Shown here piece after piece: positions 27,645 to 36,260 of a stretch of DNA of 64,000 nucleotides. Where the stretch lies: positions 2,080,001 through 2,144,000 of the forward strand of contig CAVTCS010000003.1 of assembly GCA_963733295.1 (NCBI GenBank), in the 5' to 3' direction. Both the position numbers and the translations under genes were made by a program. The notes beneath the pieces were generated by a model. It ran no database searches and had not been told where the DNA came from. It was given only the letters and a program-made list of their open reading frames with translations. The stretch's first letter is position 1. Every line of letters begins with the position of its first letter. The stretch is from Vulcanimicrobiota bacterium. Lineage in GTDB: Bacteria; Vulcanimicrobiota; Vulcanimicrobiia; Vulcanimicrobiales; Vulcanimicrobiaceae.

Positions 27645-27806
27645 GGGGCGCATCGATGGAGTCGACCGCAGGCTTGATACACCGTGCGGTTCCGGGTTCG
27701 ATTCCCGGGCGTTCCAGTCGCAGACGACGGCAAGTCGTTGCGAAGGCGCCGGAGATGTGGTACTCTCGGTCACGTATCAGGCCTGCGGAACACACATTGA
27801 AGCGCG
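27645..27806 (-). ncRNA. ssrS: Probable 6S RNA
   Basis: ~160-nt irregular rod: 27648-27658 pairs with 27795-27805, 27666-27684 with 27767-27788, a central bubble contains a hairpin, and the apical hairpin is 27718-27743. Minus-strand segments UGUUCCGCA, UGACCGA, UACCACA, GGCGC, CUGCGAC, GAACC and AGCCUGCGG occur in the order I recall for E. coli/B. subtilis 6S. Needs cmscan confirmation. Confidence 0.62.
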
Positions 27807-27834
27807 CGTGGCGCCGTAGCAATACGGCGCCACG
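27807..27834. other. Perfect 12-bp hairpin directly after the rlmN stop (terminator or processing site)
   Basis: cgtggcgccgta-gcaa-tacggcgccacg, with no long U-tract. Confidence 0.7.
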
Positions 27835-28929
27835 TCATTTCACGGCGGCTTCACGAGCTCGGGGCTGCGTCTCGGCTCTTAATTGGCCGCATGCGGCGGC
27901 GATATCGCGGCCCATCGGGACGCGCACGGTCGTCGGAACGTCTGCGGCTTCCAAGAGCTTCTGAAACGAACGGATGCGCGCGTCGGAGGTTCCGCGAAGT
28001 TGGGCGTCGGGTGTCGCATTGTAAGGAATGAGATTTACGTGATACAGATGGCCGCGCATCAATGCCGCGAGGTTGCGCGCCGACGCGTCGTCGTCGTTCA
28101 CGCCGGCTAGCATGACGTACTCGAAAAAGATCTTTCGCCCCGTCTGTGCGACGTAACGGGCGCAAGCCGCCATGAGCTCGGCGATCGGGTAACGCTGATT
28201 GACGGGCATGATCGCCGAGCGCTGCTCGTCGGTCGGCGCGTGGAGCGAGATCGCGAGGTTGACTTGAACGCCTTCGGCGGCAAACCGGTCGATCTGCGGC
28301 ACGAGACCGACGGTCGATATGGTGATGTGCCGCTGACCCAAGCCGAACCCGTTCGGGTCGTTGAGTAGCCGCACGGCATCCATGACCGCGTCGTAGTTGT
28401 GAAACGGCTCACCCATGCCCATGAAGACGATATTCGTGATCTTCTTGTTCCGCTTTTTGAGCTCGCGCGCGAAGAAGCGAGCTTGATCGAAGATTTCGAC
28501 CGGCCTCAGATTGCGGGTGAAGCCGGCTTGACCGGTCGAGCAGAACGAACACTTAAACGCACAGCCCGCCTGACTCGAAATGCAAACCGTCGTGCGATTG
28601 CCGTGGTGCTCCATCAGAACCGCTTCGACTTCGGGACCGCCGGCAAGCCGGAACAAACCCTTCGACGTCTGGCGATCGGTCGATCGCTGAACGACGACCG
28701 GCTCGACCGCTTCGAGCGCGAGACCGTCGCTCGTCAGGGCAGCGCGAAGTCCGATGGGTAGCACGCTGACCTGCTGCAGGTCGTCGGCCAGTTCTTTTGC
28801 CGCGGCGCGATACAGCTGCTTGATCCGGTACGGTTTGAGGCCGTGCTTTAGCGCGAGCGCCGCGCCGTTTTCAAAGCCGGCCGCACGCGCTTTCTCGTCG
28901 AACCAGATCTGCTCGCCGGTTTTGGTCAC
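27835..28929 (-). CDS. rlmN: 23S rRNA m2A2503/tRNA methyltransferase (radical SAM)
   Basis: Motifs CISSQAGCAFKCSFC, FMGMGEP, LAISLHA, VNLIPYN and DIAAACGQL. Confidence 0.96.
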   Translation of the reverse strand: MTKTGEQIWFDEKARAAGFENGAALALKHGLKPYRIKQLYRAAAKELADDLQQVSVLPIGLRAALTSDGLALEAVEPVVVQRSTDRQTSKGLFRLAGGPEVEAVLMEHHGNRTTVCISSQAGCAFKCSFCSTGQAGFTRNLRPVEIFDQARFFARELKKRNKKITNIVFMGMGEPFHNYDAVMDAVRLLNDPNGFGLGQRHITISTVGLVPQIDRFAAEGVQVNLAISLHAPTDEQRSAIMPVNQRYPIAELMAACARYVAQTGRKIFFEYVMLAGVNDDDASARNLAALMRGHLYHVNLIPYNATPDAQLRGTSDARIRSFQKLLEAADVPTTVRVPMGRDIAAACGQLRAETQPRAREAAVK

Positions 28930-28976
28930 GATCCCGAGTATAACACGCTGCAGAATCTCCGGCGCCGATAAAATCG

Positions 28977-29648
28977 TCAGAGCGAAAACAAATCGGGCTG
29001 CTCGATTGCGGGTTCCGGCTCGGGCGCCGCGGCCAGCTCGTCGAGCTTGGCGCGGACGGCTTTCAGGTCGTTCCAGACGAGGCGCTTCGAAGCGTTCACT
29101 TCACCGCCCGTCTGGCGTAAAATGTAGGCCGGATGGAATGAGGCGATGAGCGGGATGCCGTTCGGTCCCGCGTACCATTGACCGCGCTGCTTGGTGATCG
29201 AGAAAGCGGGTCCGAGAAACGATTTCGCGGCGGGTGCTCCGAGTGCGAGGATGACTCTCGGGCGCACGATCTCGATCTGTTCGTCGAGGTAGGGACGGCA
29301 GTTCGCCATCTCGGCGGGATCGGGCGCGCGGTTGCGCAGCCGCGATCCGTCGTCGTAAGTGGGCCGGCACTTGACGGTGTTGCAAATGAAAACCGCTTCC
29401 CGCGGAAGATCGATGGCGAGCAACATCTTGTCGAGCAATTCGCCGGCGCGGCCGACGAACGGGCGGCCCAACCGGTCCTCCGTTTCGCCCGGTCCTTCGC
29501 CGACGACCATGAGCGCCGCACACGGATCGCCCTCGCCGTAGACGCTGTTCGTGCGCGTCGAACCGATCGCGCACTTGCGACAGCGTTCGACGATCGCCGC
29601 GGCGCTCGCGATTTGCCGTTCGCGTGCCGCGCGTTCGGCGACGCTCAA
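28977..29648 (-). CDS. Uracil-DNA glycosylase family 4 (Fe-S)
   Basis: Motifs CRKC, GEGPG, GRPFVGRAG, VKCRP, NRAP and FHPAYIL. Confidence 0.93.
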   Translation of the reverse strand: MSVAERAARERQIASAAAIVERCRKCAIGSTRTNSVYGEGDPCAALMVVGEGPGETEDRLGRPFVGRAGELLDKMLLAIDLPREAVFICNTVKCRPTYDDGSRLRNRAPDPAEMANCRPYLDEQIEIVRPRVILALGAPAAKSFLGPAFSITKQRGQWYAGPNGIPLIASFHPAYILRQTGGEVNASKRLVWNDLKAVRAKLDELAAAPEPEPAIEQPDLFSL

Positions 29649-29992
29649 GCTGGACCCGGCGGTTCGGGTTCGAGAATCACCGCTTCCCCGGTGGCGATGA
29701 CGCGCGTCGATCCGTCGCTTTGTTCCCGCGAATCGAACTGTAAGCCCACCACGCCGTTGGCCCCGAGTTTCGAAGCGTATCCGCGGAGCGCGAGAAGGCT
29801 CTCGGCGCGCGCCCGCTCGGCATCGGTCAAGTATTCGACGGGAGCGAATCCGATGAACGCCCCGATCGAGCGAAACGTCGCCCGTAGCAGGTTGCGTTGA
29901 CAGACCGCCTCACCGCGCGCCAATCCCAGCCTGGCAACGACGCGGAAACCGTCGAGTCGATCGAAGGTAACGACCGCTTCGGGCGCGACCAT
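29645..29992 (-). CDS. YbjQ/UPF0145 heavy-metal-binding-like protein
   Basis: Motifs LGLARGE, EYL...AR, LGANGVVGL and ATGEAV. Confidence 0.8.
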   Translation of the reverse strand: MVAPEAVVTFDRLDGFRVVARLGLARGEAVCQRNLLRATFRSIGAFIGFAPVEYLTDAERARAESLLALRGYASKLGANGVVGLQFDSREQSDGSTRVIATGEAVILEPEPPGPA

Positions 29993-30882
29993 CAGCGCCG
30001 CTTTAACGCTGCACGCATGGCCGCGACGATCGAGAAAAGCGCGAACGCGTACAGAAGATACCGCCCCACAAGCGCCGCCACGAGCGCAAGGTACCAAACG
30101 ATGCCGTGATGCTTGATCCAGTACTTCCGGCGCGACGTTTGTTTGCGGCCCTCGACGCTATACTGCCCGCGCGCACTCCCCATCCCTTCGTGGATCGCTT
30201 CGCTGCTCGGAACGTACCAGGTTTCCCAGCCGGCCGTCGCCGCGCGTTTGGCAAAATCGACCTCTTCGTGGTACAGGAAAAAACGCTCGTCGAACGGCCC
30301 GATTTCGTCGAGCAAGCTGCGCCGGATCGCAAGCGCCGCACCGATCGCCAGATCGACGCGCCGCACGTCGCGGTGGCCCCATTCGCGCAGCGCGGCGCCG
30401 TTGGCGTATTCGCGCAGGAAGGGCCACTCGCCCCACGCGCTCGAGCGTAAGAACGCGCCGGTCCAGGTATCGAACTCACCGCACGACTCTTGGATCGACC
30501 CGTCCCGGTTGTAAATTCGCGAGCCGGCGATCCCACAGCGCGGATGCTCGTCCATGAAGGCTAGGATGTTGCGCAAGGCCCCGTCTTTGAGCTCCGCATC
30601 CGGATTCAAAAGATAGACGTAAGGCGAACTCGTGACCGCGAATGCGCGGTTGCAAGCTGCGGCGAAGCCAAGGTTGCTGCAGTTCTCGACGATGTCCACC
30701 CGGGTGCCGTAGCGTTCGCGCAGGTACTCACGGCTTCCGTCGGTCGAGCCGTTGTCGGAAACGACGACGCGCACGAACCCCGCATCTTCGCGCACTTCCG
30801 GCAGCGCAAAAACCGAATCGAGTGCGGTCGCGATCTTGTCTTTGTCGTTCCAGCAGACGACGATAACGTCGACCCGTGCCAC
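29992..30882 (-). CDS. GT2 glycosyltransferase (WbbL-like rhamnosyltransferase)
   Basis: Motifs SDNGSTDGS, NLGFAAACN, LLNPDA and FDERFFLYHEEVD. GTG start at 30882. Confidence 0.88.
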   Translation of the reverse strand: MARVDVIVVCWNDKDKIATALDSVFALPEVREDAGFVRVVVSDNGSTDGSREYLRERYGTRVDIVENCSNLGFAAACNRAFAVTSSPYVYLLNPDAELKDGALRNILAFMDEHPRCGIAGSRIYNRDGSIQESCGEFDTWTGAFLRSSAWGEWPFLREYANGAALREWGHRDVRRVDLAIGAALAIRRSLLDEIGPFDERFFLYHEEVDFAKRAATAGWETWYVPSSEAIHEGMGSARGQYSVEGRKQTSRRKYWIKHHGIVWYLALVAALVGRYLLYAFALFSIVAAMRAALKRR

Positions 30883-30886
30883 AAAC

Positions 30887-32003
30887 TTAGGCCGCCGGAC
30901 CGTCGAGGCGCCGGCGCTGCAGCAGATACGGCCAGACGAAGGCCTCGATGTCGCCGTCCAGCACTCCCGAGACGTTTGCGGTTTCGACCGCGGTCCGGTG
31001 ATCCTTGACCATCGTGTACGGCTGCAGCACGTACGAACGGATCTGCGAGCCCCACTCGTTAGCGCGCCGTTCACCGCGAAGCTCGCTGAGTTTCGCCTCG
31101 CGTTCCTCGATCTCGCGTTGGACGAGCTTGGCGCGCAGAATGTTCATTGAGACTTCCCGGTTCTGCATTTGCGAACGCTCCTGTTGCGAAGCGACGATGA
31201 TTCCGGTGGGAAGATGCGTAATGCGAATCGCCGACTCGGTTTTGTTGACGTACTGTCCGCCGGCACCGCCGGCCTTGAAGGTCTCGACCTTCAAGTCTTC
31301 CGGCTTGATCTCGATGTCGATCGTTTCGCCGCTCTCGATCTCGGGCACGATGTCGACGGACGCGAACGAGGTATGACGGCGGTGCTGTTGGTCGAACGGC
31401 GAAATGCGCACGAGTCGATGCACCCCGCGCTCGCCTTCGAGCATGCCGTACGCGTTCTTGCCGCGCACGAAGAACGTGATCGATTTGAGTCCGGCTTCTT
31501 CGCCGGGCGACTCGTCCGCGACGGCCGTGCCGAATCCCTTGGATTCCGCCCAGCGCAGATACATGCGCGCGAGCATCTGCGTCCAGTCGGCCGCGTCGAT
31601 CCCGCCGGCCCCGGCGCGGATCGTGACGATCGCGCCGTGGTCGTCGTACTCGCGGTCGAAGGTTGCCGCCATCTCGAGCAGGTCGACGCGCCGTTCGGCG
31701 TCCGCCAAGAGCGCGTCGACCTCGTCGGCGGCACCCTCTTCGTCGCCGAGCACGTCCAGCGTCTCGCGCGATTCGTCCAAGCGCGTCGCAACGGCGTCGA
31801 TCTCTGCCAGTTCGCCGCGCAAATCGGCGAGCTGCTTCATCGTCTTTTGGGCGGACTCGGCGTCGTTCCAAAAGCCCTCGGCTCGCGAACGCTGATCGAG
31901 CTCCGCTACGGTGCGCGCCTTACGGTCGTAGTCAAAGACGCACCTTCAGCGCGCTGAGGCGGTCCTGTAGCCGGCCGATCGTCGTCATCTGCGAGTCGCT
32001 CAC
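30887..32003 (-). CDS. prfB: Peptide chain release factor 2 (programmed +1 frameshift)
   Basis: SPF motif (RISPFD), GGQ and GSQIRSY. The first ORF (M)SDSQMTTIGRLQDRLSALKVRL ends at CTT TGA C, and the +1 frame continues DYDRK...FWND. Confidence 0.97.
31931..31946 (-). promoter_or_regulatory. RF2 autoregulatory frameshift cassette
   Basis: Minus strand reads AAGGTG CGT CTT TGA C: an internal SD-like sequence followed by the slippery codon and stop. Confidence 0.93.
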
Positions 32004-32136
32004 GGATCCGGACTTCTCCGCGCCGCCGGTGCGGCCTCCGCTACCCGAAGACGTCCGGGCGACTCGGCCTCGGGAGAAGAGCTGCGGTGACGAGCGCGGA
32101 AGTGAGGTTACGCCCGAGTCTGCCGCGGAGGCGATC

Positions 32137-33330
32137 TTGTTCGACCGTCGTCAGTTTCTCTTTCGATTCGGTGCCGCTGGGCTGATGCCCGCGGCGCTTG
32201 CAGCCGCGCCGGTCGAGCGCACCGGACAACGCCGGGACTTTCTGGCGGGCGCCCTCGTGCTGAGCGGCGGCGGCGCCCGCGGCGCTTACGAAGCCGGTCT
32301 CATCTGCGAGCTCGCACGGATTCGGGGCGCGCGCGACGGCATGGCCCTGCCGCCCTACGAATTCGTTTGCGGCACGTCGATCGGAGCGCTGAACGCCTGG
32401 TTCGTGGCAACCGGCCAGTACTCGAAACTCTTCGACGTTTGGCATACGATCTCGCAGCAGAATATCGTCCGGTTGAAGCCGCGCTTTGAAAAGGTCAGCG
32501 ATTCGTCCGCCGGCATAGCAAACCGGCTCATGGCCGCAATCCGTTTGACCACGCTGTCGAAAAACGAGCAGGGCGTTGCGGAAGACAATCCGGTTTACGA
32601 TTGGATCGAGCGTCAAGTCGACCCGCACGTGCCGCTTCTGATGCCGATGGTGTGGGCTGCAACCGATCTCAACGCGCAACGGCCGGAATACTTCTATCGG
32701 CTCGCGCGGAACGAACGCGTGCCGCCCGAGTTCATCTTCCAGTCGTTACGCTATACCGTCGGACCGAAGGTCGTCATCCGCGAGGCGAACGACGACATAC
32801 TGGTAAGGTCGCTGCAAGCGTCCGCGGCGATTCCGCTCGTCTTCGACCCAGTCTCGATCGTCGGAGCTGACGGGAAAAAGCGCCAGTACGTCGACGGCGG
32901 AGTTGCCGCGAACTCGCCGGTTTCGATCGCTCGGACCGTCGCGAAAGGCGTCGACGTCATTCTCCTCGACCCGCCGTTGGAAGAAGAGTTTCTGCCGAAC
33001 GCCATCGACGTGGGATTGGCTTCGTTCTCAACGATGCAACGCAAGATCCTCGAAACCGAACTCAGTTCGACCTACTTCCAATCGACCGCCAAGCGCGAGT
33101 TCCAAAAACTCCCGCCCGACGTCATCGCGCAACTCGCCAAACAGTCGACGCTCTTGAATCTTTTTCTCAACTACCTGCCGGCATCGGATCTCGCCTATAT
33201 CCGGCCGGCCAAAGAGCTGCCCGTTAAGGTCGGCGGTTTCGACGACCAGGCAGGCATCAACGAAACCTTCCAGCGAGGTGTCGCGGACGCCGGCAAAGGC
33301 TTTACGCCGTACACCGTGGAGACGTTCTAA
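32137..33330 (+). CDS. Patatin-like phospholipase with a twin-arginine signal
   Basis: DRRQFL Tat motif; GGGARG, GTSIG and DGG. GGAGG RBS before TTG 32137. Confidence 0.88.
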   Translation: MFDRRQFLFRFGAAGLMPAALAAAPVERTGQRRDFLAGALVLSGGGARGAYEAGLICELARIRGARDGMALPPYEFVCGTSIGALNAWFVATGQYSKLFDVWHTISQQNIVRLKPRFEKVSDSSAGIANRLMAAIRLTTLSKNEQGVAEDNPVYDWIERQVDPHVPLLMPMVWAATDLNAQRPEYFYRLARNERVPPEFIFQSLRYTVGPKVVIREANDDILVRSLQASAAIPLVFDPVSIVGADGKKRQYVDGGVAANSPVSIARTVAKGVDVILLDPPLEEEFLPNAIDVGLASFSTMQRKILETELSSTYFQSTAKREFQKLPPDVIAQLAKQSTLLNLFLNYLPASDLAYIRPAKELPVKVGGFDDQAGINETFQRGVADAGKGFTPYTVETF

Positions 33331-33355
33331 GCGCTTTCGCTGCTTTAGCAGCGGC

Positions 33356-35491
33356 TTAGCTTGAAATTGCCGCGATCGCGCGCGCTATCGCGGCGCGCAG
33401 GCGGTCCAGCGCGGCGGTAACCTTCGCGGCGCGATCCTGAGTTTCGAAAGCCGCGTAGTTCACTTCCGGAAAGGCTGAGATGTAGCGGTCGATCGTGTGC
33501 CAGTAACGATTGTACGAGAGGCCGTCCGACATCCAAAACGCATCCCGCGCGAGCATCGCTTTGCTTTCGAGCGCATCGAGGGTCGCCGTATCGCCGGCTC
33601 GCTCGGCGGCCTGAAGCTTGGCGTCGAACGCTGCGGCGGCGCTCCGGTAAGCGAGGAGGTCTTTGCGCAGCGGCCCGAAGTCGACGTCTGCGAATTGCGG
33701 CATTCGCACGGCCGCATCGAGATCGACGAGCAGCGCTGCCGGCACGTCGCTCAAGCGCAACGGCATGCGCTCGGCTCCCGCCGCGCGCATCGCCTGGACG
33801 CCGGTGAACTGTGCCGTGATCACGGCTTGCTTCAAGCCGGGATCGTAGGTCTGCAACCCTGCGATGTTGTCTTCGGCCGAGTGGTGCGCACCGAAATGCC
33901 CGTAATAGCCTGTCGACGAGCTGGGAATTCCGAGCCAGTAGATGTAGGTCGCATGATCGGAACCGCCGCCCGGCGTGCGCATCAGCGGCGACTTCGGCGT
34001 ATTGCCTGCAAGAAGCGGCTTCCCATCGAGGCCTTTCACATAGGCGGCGAGTTCACGGCCGAACGCCCAGAGTTCGGGACTCATTGCTTCGACGAAGGGT
34101 GGGCCGGTGGTCAGCTGGTCCGTGTTGATATATTGCACGACGTGCTTGCGCAGTTCCGGCCCTTCCGCATAGGCGCGCGAAATCGAGCCGTAAAGACCCA
34201 ACTCGTGCCCGTCCCATGAGGCGATCTCGATCGTTCGGTCGGGTTTCCAGCCCGCCTCGAGGAGTTGCTTGAATCCGTCGGCATCTTGCAGCATCACCGT
34301 CGTCCCGCTGCCCGGGTCGATCGCCCCGAAGACCATGGCATCGCGGTGGCTGCCGATCGTCACGATCTCGTCCGGCTTCGTCGCGCCGCGTAGCCTGCCG
34401 ATGACGTTCCAGATTCTTACGACCTTGCGTTCCATCTTGACGACGAGATGAACGCGAGCGTTGCCGCCGGCGTGCTCGACCATCTCGAAACCGTCGTGCC
34501 ATTCTCGCGGAATGACCGTTCCATTGAGATTGCGCATCAACGTGCGGGCTACCGACTGGGTAACCATGAGTTCGGGGATGTCGGCGTGCGGGGTTTCCGC
34601 GTACGCGAGATGCGGCTTTCCGGGAACCGGCGCTTGGCCGGGCAAGGTTTGGTCGCCGGGCGGTTGCAGCGCGGCGATGCCGGGCCGAAAACCGCCGATT
34701 CGCTCGGCCATCGTATTGTTCTTGAAATTGCCGGCGGGCCACACGTCGCCGGCGTAGACGCCGTCATCGAAGGGATCGTAGTACACGATCACCCCGGCAA
34801 CGTGGTGGCTTTTCAGTTCGTCCCACTTGCGTTGGCTCGCACGCGGATCACGCGAGAACGCACCTAGCCGTTCGACGACGATCGCGCCAGGCGGCACGTT
34901 GACACCGAGGTCGGCGAGTGCCTTCCAATCTTCGGGGTTCCCATGGTTGATGTAGAAAAGCGGGCCCGCGACGTCTCCGTCACCTGAGAACTCCATAAAA
35001 GGCGGACCGGCCGATCGTTCCGCGTCCGTGTGGTGCGCCGGATCGCCTTCGAGCAGATCGAACGGAATCGTTTGCGGTGCGGTCAGTTCGAGCGACTCGG
35101 TCGTCGGACTGGTGAAGAAAACCTCGTACGGCACGAGTTTCGCGTCGAATCCGTCGGCGATGAGCCGATCGCGTACGAAGAGTGCGGTCGCGTAGTCGGC
35201 CGGCGTCCCGGCACGATGCGGCACCGACGACAGCTTCGCTTCGATCGCCGCTGCGCCGGCGCTCGAGGGCATCGTCATGAAGCGGTCTTCCCACGCGCGT
35301 TCTTGCACGACGCGGGGCCCCGACGGCCAGCCGATGAGCGAATCGACATTCGCGCGCGCGTCGGGACTCGGCGCCGGCGAAGCCGGCGCGGCGCCGGCGT
35401 TCACCTGCTGATCGGCGTCAGACAGGCGCGCGAGTACGGGTGAGATCAACAGCAGGCCGAGTATCGAAACGACGATCAAGTGATGACGCAT
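33356..35491 (-). CDS. Secreted M28 family peptidase (glutamate carboxypeptidase II/TfR-like, with PA domain)
   Basis: Motifs PHRAGT, GSHRDA, GAIDPGSG, SWDGHELGLYGS, YINTD, GGGSDH and HHSAED. Confidence 0.88.
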   Translation of the reverse strand: MRHHLIVVSILGLLLISPVLARLSDADQQVNAGAAPASPAPSPDARANVDSLIGWPSGPRVVQERAWEDRFMTMPSSAGAAAIEAKLSSVPHRAGTPADYATALFVRDRLIADGFDAKLVPYEVFFTSPTTESLELTAPQTIPFDLLEGDPAHHTDAERSAGPPFMEFSGDGDVAGPLFYINHGNPEDWKALADLGVNVPPGAIVVERLGAFSRDPRASQRKWDELKSHHVAGVIVYYDPFDDGVYAGDVWPAGNFKNNTMAERIGGFRPGIAALQPPGDQTLPGQAPVPGKPHLAYAETPHADIPELMVTQSVARTLMRNLNGTVIPREWHDGFEMVEHAGGNARVHLVVKMERKVVRIWNVIGRLRGATKPDEIVTIGSHRDAMVFGAIDPGSGTTVMLQDADGFKQLLEAGWKPDRTIEIASWDGHELGLYGSISRAYAEGPELRKHVVQYINTDQLTTGPPFVEAMSPELWAFGRELAAYVKGLDGKPLLAGNTPKSPLMRTPGGGSDHATYIYWLGIPSSSTGYYGHFGAHHSAEDNIAGLQTYDPGLKQAVITAQFTGVQAMRAAGAERMPLRLSDVPAALLVDLDAAVRMPQFADVDFGPLRKDLLAYRSAAAAFDAKLQAAERAGDTATLDALESKAMLARDAFWMSDGLSYNRYWHTIDRYISAFPEVNYAAFETQDRAAKVTAALDRLRAAIARAIAAISS

Positions 35492-35499
35492 GTTGTCCT

Positions 35500-36177
35500 T
35501 TAATGATGGCCGACCAGCGTGGCAACGAGCGGGCCGCGCGCGAACTGATCGACGACGAAGGTCGCCGGATCGTACCAGAGCGTGGTATTGCTGCCGAAGG
35601 AAGCGACAACGTCGGTCGTGGGAACTCCATATGGATACGGGCCGGCCTGCGACGTCGAGAACGTGACGAATCCTGCGATCCCGCTGGCGATGGGAATCAG
35701 CTGAAAACTACGTGCCCCGCGCGCGTTGACCTGGGCTGGCAGCATGAGGAACGTTCCCATCGTACCGTCGTCGACCGCGATTGCCGGAACCGAAGCGAGT
35801 TGCGAAACGTTGACGGTGTTCGTAACCGACTGGTTTTTCGTCGTTCCGACGATCGTGCCGTTCACCAGTTTCAGATCGACGGAGGTGTCGAGGCCGTTCG
35901 CGCTCGCGTATCCCTTATACGATTCGAACTCCAGCCGTTTGCTTCCGAAAACGATCGTTGCGCCGGAGAGCTGAATCCCGGGCAGATTCGTATCGGTCCG
36001 CATCGAGACGCGGTCGCCTTGCGTTTGGACGACGACGGTCGACTGGCCCGCGACCGCACCGCCTTGGCTCCAGTTGTACACGTAGGTGCCATCCGGCGGA
36101 CGCTGCGCGGACTGTTGCGCAGCTCCGCTCGCGATGCAGGCCAAAAGGAAGACAGCCGTGGCAAGAAGTGCACGCAC
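35500..36177 (-). CDS. Hypothetical secreted beta-rich protein
   Basis: Signal peptide and genome-typical codon usage. Lies directly upstream of the M28 gene. Confidence 0.7.
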   Translation of the reverse strand: MRALLATAVFLLACIASGAAQQSAQRPPDGTYVYNWSQGGAVAGQSTVVVQTQGDRVSMRTDTNLPGIQLSGATIVFGSKRLEFESYKGYASANGLDTSVDLKLVNGTIVGTTKNQSVTNTVNVSQLASVPAIAVDDGTMGTFLMLPAQVNARGARSFQLIPIASGIAGFVTFSTSQAGPYPYGVPTTDVVASFGSNTTLWYDPATFVVDQFARGPLVATLVGHH

Positions 36178-36260
36178 GCTGACGGCTGCGACGTTTCCGC
36201 AGGCAGTTCCTCGCGTCGAGAGGCCTCGTCCGCGGAGAGCGCCAACCCAGCCTTCTCCAC

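Noticed and set aside
27645..27716. Canonical tRNA (Ala, Ser-TGA, Gln, Sec or Pyl)
   Set aside because: There is no 5-bp stem with a 7-nt anticodon loop and no CUA/UCA anticodon. Kept only as a tRNA-like finding.
27525..27834. T-box riboswitch for glyQS
   Set aside because: The minus strand has no proper T-box antiterminator or terminator, and a GT2 gene intervenes.
27541..27964. Short ORFs 27541..27822, 27580..27819 and 27656..27964
   Set aside because: They have no motifs and overlap the structured RNA or rlmN.
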